Shown: one piece after another, positions 48,730 through 55,511 of the stretch
Layout: every line of letters starts with the position of its first letter
Position numbering within the stretch: the first letter of the stretch is position 1
The notes under the pieces: model-generated
The model's database searches: none
What the model saw: only the letters and a program-made list of their open reading frames with translations
Told to the model about the DNA's origin: nothing
Made by a program: the position numbers and the translations under genes
Origin: a virus
Taxonomy: Duplodnaviria > Caudoviricetes
Strand: one strand, 5' to 3'
Length of the DNA: 64,000 nucleotides
IMG/VR virus record: IMGVR_UViG_3300015608_005401
Span: 1-64,000 of that record

Positions 48730-49371
48730 ATGAAAAAAGAAAAAGTAAGGTATTACTTCTTATATAAGACTACCAATAAAATGAATGGTAAATTTTATAT
48801 AGGAGTACATAGTACAATAAAAATGAATGATGGGTATTTAGGATCCGGTAAAAGACTTAGATACTCGATGAGAAAATATGGAAAGGAGAATTTTGAAATA
48901 GATATATTAGAATTTTTCAATAGTAGAGAACTTATGTTTGAAGCTGAGAGAAACCTTGTTAATACTGATTTAATTAAAAATGAATTATGTATGAATTTAA
49001 AAGAAGGTGGTATTGGTGGGTGGACAAAAGAACAACAAATAGAGAATGCTAATAGATCTAATATTAAAAAGAAAGAATTGAGAGATAATAATCCAGAATG
49101 GAGAGGGCTTGAAAAGATAAGAAATTCAGAAAATATGAGAAAATCATATGAGAGAGGAGATAGAGAAAAAAAGCAACCTATGGATTGGACTGGTAAAAGA
49201 CATAAAAGGGAGACTATTCAGAAAATGAAAAAATCCAAAAATGTTGGTAAATTAAACTCTCAATATGGTACAAAGTGGATTAATAAAGATGGTATTATTA
49301 AAAAAATAAAAGAAAATGAACTTGAATATTATCTGAACAATGGATGGATTCAAGGTAGAAAAGGAACCTAA
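48730..49371 (+). CDS. GIY-YIG (Seg-like) homing endonuclease with NUMOD3; stop codon lies inside tRNA-Phe
   Basis: FLYKTTNKMNGKFYIGVH, DGYLGSG, MNLKEGG, GKRHKRETIQKM. Confidence 0.88.
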   Translation: MKKEKVRYYFLYKTTNKMNGKFYIGVHSTIKMNDGYLGSGKRLRYSMRKYGKENFEIDILEFFNSRELMFEAERNLVNTDLIKNELCMNLKEGGIGGWTKEQQIENANRSNIKKKELRDNNPEWRGLEKIRNSENMRKSYERGDREKKQPMDWTGKRHKRETIQKMKKSKNVGKLNSQYGTKWINKDGIIKKIKENELEYYLNNGWIQGRKGT

Positions 49372-49438
49372 GCTAATCAGGTGAAAGCACTGGACTGAAA
49401 ATCCAGGGAGCCCGGATCGTTACCGGGAGGTTCCACCA
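49363..49438 (+). tRNA. tRNA-Phe(GAA)
   Basis: GGAACCT/AGGTTCC acceptor, CTGGA-CTGAAAA-TCCAG, encoded CCA; atypical T-loop ATCGTTA. Confidence 0.85.
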
Positions 49439-49447
49439 AAAAAAAAT

Positions 49448-49523
49448 GGTGATTGTAGCTCAATCGGTAGAGCGCAGGTTTGTGGAGCCGAGGGTCGGGA
49501 TTTCGAAATTCCTCGTTCACCCA
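49448..49523 (+). tRNA. tRNA-His(GUG)
   Basis: G-1, TAGCTCAATCGGTAGAGCG D arm, TTGTGGA loop, weak anticodon stem. Confidence 0.75.
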
Positions 49524-49528
49524 AAAAA

Positions 49529-49598
49529 GAGGGGATAACATAATGGTAGTGTACCGGGCGGAAAACCGGTAGTGTTAGTTCGATTCTAGCTCCCTTCA
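49529..49598 (+). tRNA. Atypical tRNA, probably Phe(GAA)
   Basis: GAGGGGA/TCCCTTC acceptor, TACCGG-GCGGAAAA-CCGGTA with a non-canonical 8-nt loop, GTTAG-TTCGATT-CTAGC. Confidence 0.55.
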
Positions 49599-49606
49599 CT
49601 ACAAAT

Positions 49607-49690
49607 GTGGCAGTAGCTGAGACGGTGGCGTAAGCCTGTAGCGCTTGGTTTGAAAAACCAGAGACATCGGTTCGAATCCGATCTGTCACA
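49607..49690 (+). tRNA. tRNA-Phe(GAA) with an extra GNRA hairpin in the D-loop
   Basis: GTGGCAG/CTGTCAC, TTGGT-TTGAAAA-ACCAG, ATCGG-TTCGAAT-CCGAT. Confidence 0.8.
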
Positions 49691-49696
49691 CAAAAT

Positions 49697-49778
49697 ACAG
49701 GTACTCATTGGTGTGACCAGCCGGCTCCAACCCGGTAATTCGTAAGAGTGGCTAAGAGTTCGAGTCTCTTTACCTGTG
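49697..49778 (+). tRNA. tRNA-Trp(CCA), short D arm and long variable arm
   Basis: ACAGGTA/TACCTGT, GCCGG-CTCCAAC-CCGGT, AAGAG-TTCGAGT-CTCTT. Confidence 0.72.
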
Positions 49779-49786
49779 CTAAAAAT

Positions 49787-49857
49787 ACATCTGTGGTGAA
49801 ATGGTATCATTTTTGTCTCCAAAACAAAAGTTCTTGGTTCGAGCCCAGGCAGGTGTG
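49787..49857 (+). tRNA. tRNA-Trp(CCA)
   Basis: ACATCTG/CAGGTGT, TTTGT-CTCCAAA-ACAAA, CTTGG-TTCGAGC-CCAGG. Confidence 0.88.
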
Positions 49858-49911
49858 CTAAAAAGGTATGGAGAGGTTCAACTTTTTAATATATAAAATA
49901 AAAACTTATAT

Positions 49912-50580
49912 ATGAAAATTTTAGATAACCTTGATATATCTGATATTCAGAGAAAACTGAATGAGTCTAAATCATTTAGAGAGTTTCTATTAAAAATAGG
50001 ATCTTCATCTAATGGGTCTGGTTCATACAAATCTATTAAGAATCAATTAATTAAATTAGGAGTTATAATTCCTGAGTTTAATTATGAGAATAAAAATAAA
50101 ATTAGTAAAAAAATTGATGATGTTGATGTTTTTATAAAAGGTTCTTTTTATAGTAGACAAAGATTAAAAGAAAGAATTATTAAAAATAAACTAATTGATT
50201 ACAGATGTGAGGAATGTGGAAATGATGGCGATTGGAATGGTAAAAATCTAAGCTTACATCTTGAACACAAAAATGGAGTTAATGATGATAATAGATTAGA
50301 AAATCTAACATTCTTATGTCCAAATTGTCACTCACAGACCGAAACTTATAGTGGTAAAAATAGGAAGAAAAAAGAAAAAAGAAAGTGTGAGTGTGGTAGA
50401 GAAATATTCAAAACAAGTAAAATGTGTTTAGATTGTAACTCTATAAAAAATAGAAAAGTTGAAAGACCGTCAATTGAAAAACTAAAAGAAGAAGTTGTTG
50501 AGTTTGGATATAAAGCTATTGGTAGAAAGTATGGTGTTAGTGATAACACAATTAGAAAATGGATTAAAATAAAAAAGTAA
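49912..50580 (+). CDS. HNH homing endonuclease with C-terminal HTH
   Basis: CEEC...LHLEHKNGVNDDNRLENLTFLCPNCHSQT; GRKYGVSDNTIRKW. Confidence 0.92.
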   Translation: MKILDNLDISDIQRKLNESKSFREFLLKIGSSSNGSGSYKSIKNQLIKLGVIIPEFNYENKNKISKKIDDVDVFIKGSFYSRQRLKERIIKNKLIDYRCEECGNDGDWNGKNLSLHLEHKNGVNDDNRLENLTFLCPNCHSQTETYSGKNRKKKEKRKCECGREIFKTSKMCLDCNSIKNRKVERPSIEKLKEEVVEFGYKAIGRKYGVSDNTIRKWIKIKK

Positions 50581-50596
50581 AAATTAGATTAAGAAA

Positions 50597-50626
50597 ATGA
50601 AAAGTAAGTTGAAATATAAACGCTAG
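50597..50626 (+). CDS. Possible Lys-rich leader peptide before three tRNA-Lys
   Basis: MKSKLKYKR*, immediately followed by GGCAACGACC/GGTCGTTGCC 10-bp hairpin (50626-50655). Confidence 0.4.
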   Translation: MKSKLKYKR

Positions 50627-50667
50627 GCAACGACCAATTGAGAGGGGTCGTTGCCATTAAAAACAAT

Positions 50668-50740
50668 GATTCCGTAGCTCAATTGGTGGAGCTTCCGGCT
50701 TTTAACCGGAAGGATGTGGGTTCAAGTCCCACCGGGATCA
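50668..50740 (+). tRNA. tRNA-Lys(UUU)
   Basis: TCCGG-CTTTTAA-CCGGA; GTGGGTTCAAGTCCCAC. Confidence 0.92.
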
Positions 50741-50753
50741 CTAAAATAAAAAC

Positions 50754-50825
50754 GATCTTGTAGCTCAATTGGTGGAGCTTCCGACTCTTAATCGGAAGGT
50801 TGTGGGTTCGAGTCCCCCAGGATCA
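50754..50825 (+). tRNA. tRNA-Lys(CUU)
   Basis: TCCGA-CTCTTAA-TCGGA; GTGGGTTCGAGTCCC. Confidence 0.88.
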
Positions 50826-50829
50826 CAAA

Positions 50830-50901
50830 GGATTCATGACGTAATTGGTAGCGTCCCAGACTTTTAATCTGGTAGTCCGAGTTCGAGTCTCGGTGGATCC
50901 A
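50830..50901 (+). tRNA. tRNA-Lys(UUU)
   Basis: CCAGA-CTTTTAA-TCTGG; CCGAG-TTCGAGT-CTCGG. Confidence 0.9.
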
Positions 50902-50982
50902 CTAAATACGTCTGTCGTAGTAATCTTACTTTTTTAAAACGTAGGTTCGATATTTTAATATATAAAATAAATTATATTAAAT

Positions 50983-51966
50983 ATGTGTAAATGTGAATTT
51001 TGTAATAAAGAGTTTAGTGGATCTTCTTATTCACAAAATAGAAGCTTGAAAAGACATCTAATACACTGTAGACACAATCCTGATAGATTAGAATATTCAT
51101 GTAAATATTGTGGTAGGATAGAAGAGACTTGTAGTAAAATCGCAGTGCATACTTCAAATTGTAAAGATAACCCAAACTACGAATCTATTAGATTATCTAA
51201 AGTAAATAGTGGTAAAAAACCAAGAAAACATACAGAAGAGACTAAAAAGAAAATAAGTGAGATACGAAAGAAGTATTTATCTGAAAATCCAGATAAAGTT
51301 CCTTATAAACTCAATCACAGTAGTAAAGAATCTTATCCAGAAAAATACTTCACTGAAGTATTTAAAAATGAGGGAATCGATGTTGTTAAGTCCTTTTATA
51401 TGGGACTTTATGAACTAGATTTTTGTATACCTGATAAGAAGATAGATATAGAAATTGATGGTAGTCAACACTACTATGATGAAAAGATAGTTGAAAGTGA
51501 CAAAAGAAGAAATAAATTCTTAGAAGATAACGGTTGGGTTATTATCAGAATAAATTGGTCTGAATATCAAAAACTGAATTTTGATAAAAAGAGTGAATAT
51601 GTTACAAATTTGAAAAACTATATTAATAATTTAATAGATGTTAAACCATTTTTTGAAATTACTATTGAAGAGAAAAAAGTTAAAGAAAGAAAACATCAAG
51701 TTAGTAGAAAAAATACCAAGAGAAATAAAAAGGAATATTTATGTAAACAATGTGGTGTTAAATGCACTTGGTCTAAAGATAGATGTGAACCATGTTATAG
51801 ATTAGATAGTAGGAAAGTGGAAAGACCATCTTTAGAACAATTAGAAGAAGATATTAAAAGTCTAGGATATTCCGGAACAGGTAGAAAATATGGTGTTAGT
51901 GACAATTCTATTAGAAAATGGATAAAAAAATCGAGTACCCCGCAAAAATTAATATATAGTTCATGA
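50983..51966 (+). CDS. Vsr/DUF559-like (EDxHD-type) endonuclease with Zn fingers and C-terminal HTH
   Basis: ESYPEKYF, YELDFCIPDKKIDIEIDGSQHY, DKRRNKFLEDNGWVIIRI; GRKYGVSDNSIRKW. Confidence 0.85.
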   Translation: MCKCEFCNKEFSGSSYSQNRSLKRHLIHCRHNPDRLEYSCKYCGRIEETCSKIAVHTSNCKDNPNYESIRLSKVNSGKKPRKHTEETKKKISEIRKKYLSENPDKVPYKLNHSSKESYPEKYFTEVFKNEGIDVVKSFYMGLYELDFCIPDKKIDIEIDGSQHYYDEKIVESDKRRNKFLEDNGWVIIRINWSEYQKLNFDKKSEYVTNLKNYINNLIDVKPFFEITIEEKKVKERKHQVSRKNTKRNKKEYLCKQCGVKCTWSKDRCEPCYRLDSRKVERPSLEQLEEDIKSLGYSGTGRKYGVSDNSIRKWIKKSSTPQKLIYSS

Positions 51967-52709
51967 GGTACTTAAAAGAGTATAAGAACTTTGAAGATTT
52001 TAAGTTTTATCTATTTGGATCAGAGGACTCAAGTGACTATGATGTTTTAGTTGCAGTTGATGATATACCACAAGATATAGATAAGGCACATAATATCTGC
52101 AAATACTATAATGATTTGCTATCAAAGGTATTAACTGATAAAGATTTGAATTGTAACTTAGGTATTTTCAAAGATGGGCATCTTGTTAAAGTATTTAAGG
52201 GAACTATTGATGAATTAAATAATGTTATTTTTTATACATATGATAATCATAAACAATTTTTTCCAAACCCAATAACCTCACCTGTAGTGAGAGATGTTGA
52301 TGAAAAAATATTAAGAGTTGCTAGATTTATTATAACATTTTATTCTAGAACTCAATTAAGACCTCAGATAAAATCAGCACTTAGAGGTGATTTGAAAGAA
52401 AAACTAGAAGTTTTAAAGAAAATTGACTTTGTTAAAATGGTTGATTTTCCAGGGAAAAAAGAAAGATTAGAAGACATTTATAAGGTTTTAGCCTTTCAAT
52501 TTGGTCAAGTATTCTCTCTGATTGATGGACATGAAGAGGACTCTTATACTAAGAATGGTATTATAAAGAATTATATGGATCTATCTAACCTATTGAAAAG
52601 AGGTAAGGTATCTAATATAGATTTAGAAGTATTAAATAAATATTTAGATAGATTTACTAAATTAGTAGAAACTAGAATAAAAGAAGGAATAAAACTTGTA
52701 GAGAATTAA
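51963..52709 (+). CDS. Pol-beta-like nucleotidyltransferase with MRYLKEYKNFE N-terminus
   Basis: LFGSEDSSDYDVLV (GS-x-D-x-D) motif. Confidence 0.65.
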   Translation: MRYLKEYKNFEDFKFYLFGSEDSSDYDVLVAVDDIPQDIDKAHNICKYYNDLLSKVLTDKDLNCNLGIFKDGHLVKVFKGTIDELNNVIFYTYDNHKQFFPNPITSPVVRDVDEKILRVARFIITFYSRTQLRPQIKSALRGDLKEKLEVLKKIDFVKMVDFPGKKERLEDIYKVLAFQFGQVFSLIDGHEEDSYTKNGIIKNYMDLSNLLKRGKVSNIDLEVLNKYLDRFTKLVETRIKEGIKLVEN

Positions 52710-52779
52710 AAGATATTTTTTGATTTTAATATATAAATAAAAGATGTTAAAAGATGCTGAGGATTTAGTATAAAAAAAA

Positions 52780-52811
52780 TTTGGCAAATTAAATAAAAGT
52801 ACCTAAATTTG
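52780..52811 (+). promoter_or_regulatory. Bacteroidota-type promoter of the Arg/Ser tRNA operon
   Basis: TTTG (52780-52783), 20 nt, TAAATTTG (52804-52811); TTAATATATA also at 52832. Confidence 0.7.
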
Positions 52812-52846
52812 TAGAAACAAAGAGAAAAAAATTAATATATAAAGAT

Positions 52847-52921
52847 ATGAAAACTATTAAGATTACATCGTCAAGTTCAAGTCGCTCGTCAAAAACGAGT
52901 GAGGTTCGATCGTATTCATAA
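52847..52921 (+). CDS. Putative Ser/Arg leader peptide of a tRNA operon
   Basis: MKTIKITSSSSSRSSKTSEVRSYS*; 10 of 24 residues Ser. Confidence 0.75.
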   Translation: MKTIKITSSSSSRSSKTSEVRSYS

Positions 52922-52945
52922 TAGTCGTATAATAAGATATTTGTG

Positions 52946-52984
52946 AAACCCTCGAACTTCAAGTTTGAGGGTTTTTTGTTTTAA
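52946..52984 (+). terminator. Intrinsic terminator (putative attenuator) before tRNA-Arg
   Basis: AAACCCTCGAAC-ttcaa-GTTTGAGGGTTT-tttgtttt. Confidence 0.85.
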
Positions 52985-52987
52985 TAT

Positions 52988-53060
52988 GGTTCCATCGTTC
53001 AACTGGACAGGACACTCCGCTACGAACGGAGAAATGAGGGTTCGAATCCTTCTGGAACTA
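52988..53060 (+). tRNA. tRNA-Arg(ACG)
   Basis: GGTTCCA/TGGAACT; CTCCG-CTACGAA-CGGAG; GAGGGTTCGAATCCTTC. Confidence 0.92.
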
Positions 53061-53065
53061 CAAAT

Positions 53066-53149
53066 GGAGAAGTAACTTAGCCGGCGCTAAGCACAGTCTT
53101 GAAAACTGCTGGTACCTTCGGGTATGGGGATCGACACCTCACTTCTCCG
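53066..53149 (+). tRNA. tRNA-Ser(UGA)
   Basis: GGAGAAG/CTTCTCC; CAGT-CTTGAAA-ACTG; variable arm TACC-TTCG-GGTA. Confidence 0.85.
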
Positions 53150-53154
53150 CAACT

Positions 53155-53237
53155 GGAAGTGGCCCGAATGGACGAGGAACTTGTCTTGAAAACAAGCGGC
53201 TGTAAAAGGTTTGGGGGTTCGATTCCCTTCGCTTCCG
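53155..53237 (+). tRNA. tRNA-Ser(UGA)
   Basis: GGAAG/CTTCC acceptor; CTTGT-CTTGAAA-ACAAG; GGGGGTTCGATTCCC. Confidence 0.88.
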
Positions 53238-53335
53238 CAAAATAGAATACTGGCAAAGTCCTGGCTGGACTGGTTCGAATCCATAAGCCATCAGCTAACC
53301 ACTGATAAAGATTGGTAATCTTTGTATTCTTATTT

Positions 53336-53421
53336 GGAGAGTAAAGTAGCCAGGGTGCTACCACCGCCTGCTAAGCGAGTGGCACGGTAAAACGTGTGAG
53401 TTTCGAATACTCTGCTCTCCG
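53336..53421 (+). tRNA. tRNA-Ser(GCU)
   Basis: GGAGAG/CTCTCC; CGC-CTGCTAA-GCG; variable arm CACG-GTAAAA-CGTG. Confidence 0.85.
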
Positions 53422-53427
53422 CTAATT

Positions 53428-53513
53428 GGAGAGTAATCTAATCGGGGTATTAGCCACGCCTGGAAAGCGTTGGGTGCGTTCATTCGCATGTGGTTCGAGT
53501 CCACTGCTCTCCG
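53428..53513 (+). tRNA. tRNA-Ser(GGA)
   Basis: GGAGAG/CTCTCC; ACGC-CTGGAAA-GCGT; GTGGTTCGAGTCCAC. Confidence 0.88.
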
Positions 53514-53529
53514 CAAAAAGAATAAAAAT

Positions 53530-53841
53530 ATGGAAGCAATTTATACAAGATTCTCAAGAAGAGAAACTACATTTGAAAACACTTTAGCTCTGTTACAAGA
53601 ACTATTGAATGAAAGACTATTACCTGGTTATAGAAGAATTTGGGTACAAGCTTCTAATTCTGGTAGAACAAGATTTTGTTTTACTGTTTTTCCAGAAAGA
53701 GGTCAATATATTATGAGATTTTATGATTCTGGTTCATTTAGACAATTTAGAACCAATGGTGATTTAGATGTCGAAATCGATTTAATTGAGAGATTTATTG
53801 ATACTTTATCAGACGATATTTTATCTGAATACATTGTTTAA
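53530..53841 (+). CDS. Hypothetical protein (start re-called at MEAIYTRF)
   Basis: The longer track ORF begins inside tRNA-Ser. Confidence 0.65.
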   Translation: MEAIYTRFSRRETTFENTLALLQELLNERLLPGYRRIWVQASNSGRTRFCFTVFPERGQYIMRFYDSGSFRQFRTNGDLDVEIDLIERFIDTLSDDILSEYIV

Positions 53842-53950
53842 AAAGAGCTAAAGGCTTTATTATATATAGACTTATGAAAATTTTGTCTATTATAATAAAG
53901 CCTTTAAAAATGTATGTAGATTGGAGAATAAATTCCAGACTAAATAACTA

Positions 53951-55438
53951 TTAATGAACTTTTGAGATTATAAACCAAGATCCAGCACCGTTCTTTATAA
54001 GAGTAATAGAAACCCAACTAACATTTAACTCCAATGGACTACTAGATGTGTAATCATCAATTGTTTCACCTAAGTGAGGATAGATTGTTATAGAATGGCT
54101 TCCAGCATTACCCGCTTCATCTTTAATTATTATCATTTTACCATCCATTAGTGGTGCGGCAGATGATAATGTTATACTAATTGATGATAATGATGTATCA
54201 ACCGCATAATATTCAGGGTTAAGATTTCCTGGTGTCGGTGTTATTATCATAGGAGATGTCGATATAGGAGGATTAACAAATATCTCACCTGAATGTCCTG
54301 ATGTTCCTGAACTACCAGATGATCCGGATGTTCCTGAACTACCAGATGACCCAGATGTACCACTTGAACCAGTATCACCAAATAATGTGAAGTTAATAGA
54401 GTAGGTGTCACCTGGATTAAAAGATGATGTAGCCTTACCACTTACATTTGATACTGTCAATTCAAAATAGTCACCTGTGATTGTATAATCTATTGAAGAG
54501 CTAACAGAGTATATACCAAATTCTGAGTTATCATTAGTATTTGTTATTTGTATATAAGCTTTGTTTGGATGATCATTTACATAATCATTTAGTGATAGTA
54601 ACCAACTAGTTACATCATTTCCTTGTTTATTAGTTTTATTTATGTAGATTTTAGTTACAGCTGTTATAATTTGAGGTGGAATATCAATATCAAATGATCC
54701 AGATAAAGTACCACCTGAGCCAGACTCATGTGTCCATTGTATGCTATTTGAACCATCGATACCACTAGCACCTTTAGCACCATTGGTTCCTGATGTTCCG
54801 CTTGAACCCGAACTCCCTGATGTTCCGCTTGAACCTGGTTCGCCAGCAAAGCCTAAAGTTACCCAACTAATTGTATAGCTTGAGCCAGGCATAGAACCAC
54901 CATTAGATGAAATTAAGTTACAAGTAAATGACCAATAAGTGCCACCATCTGTTGCATTAGATACTTGATAAAGAAGAAAGTTTCCTGTATTATCAGATTG
55001 AGTTATTTGTAGATAAGCTTGATTTGGATTAACTGATAGATATGTTCCAAGAGTAGATAACCAACTCTGCGCACTAAATGAATTAGATGTTTGATAGTTT
55101 ATGCTTACTAAGTTTCCAGTTGAAGACCAAGGATCACTTAATTCAAACTCACCAGGTATTCCTCTAGAACCAAACATCCATCTAAAACTATTTGCAGCAT
55201 CTATACCTTGTGGTCCTATATTACCTGATGTTCCACTTGTGCCACTAGTACCTGATGTTCCAGATGTACCTGATGTTCCAGTTCCGCCACCTCCACCTGT
55301 TCCAACTTCAGTGATAATACCGGAAGAGTCTTTTTGTTTAAGTTTTCCGTCTAAGGTGTCTAAACCCATTATAATACCTGATGATGGAGTTGCTGCTCCA
55401 GACATATCAACATAGGTTGAAAGTGAAATTATACTCAT
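53951..55438 (-). CDS. Tail-fibre-like protein with SGTSG linkers and two homologous internal modules
   Basis: GTSGTSG runs; GIDAANSFRW and GIDGSNSIQW modules; C-terminal VDTS..ITL..GKMIIIKDEAGNA domain. Confidence 0.7.
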   Translation of the reverse strand: MSIISLSTYVDMSGAATPSSGIIMGLDTLDGKLKQKDSSGIITEVGTGGGGGTGTSGTSGTSGTSGTSGTSGNIGPQGIDAANSFRWMFGSRGIPGEFELSDPWSSTGNLVSINYQTSNSFSAQSWLSTLGTYLSVNPNQAYLQITQSDNTGNFLLYQVSNATDGGTYWSFTCNLISSNGGSMPGSSYTISWVTLGFAGEPGSSGTSGSSGSSGTSGTNGAKGASGIDGSNSIQWTHESGSGGTLSGSFDIDIPPQIITAVTKIYINKTNKQGNDVTSWLLSLNDYVNDHPNKAYIQITNTNDNSEFGIYSVSSSIDYTITGDYFELTVSNVSGKATSSFNPGDTYSINFTLFGDTGSSGTSGSSGSSGTSGSSGSSGTSGHSGEIFVNPPISTSPMIITPTPGNLNPEYYAVDTSLSSISITLSSAAPLMDGKMIIIKDEAGNAGSHSITIYPHLGETIDDYTSSSPLELNVSWVSITLIKNGAGSWFIISKVH

Positions 55439-55511
55439 CTATAACAATTTTTTTTATTACTCTATATATTTATTTTGCCAAATGCCATTTATTATTTATT
55501 TTTGTATTTAT

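Noticed and set aside
49420-49822. Track ORFs 49420-49689 and 49586-49822 (also 53077-53364, 53087-53284)
   Set aside because: They overlap tRNA genes and are shadows of the GC-richer, stop-poor tRNA sequence.
53250-53300. HDV-like (theta) ribozyme downstream of a tRNA
   Set aside because: No P1 3' strand and no catalytic C in the J4/2 position could be placed.
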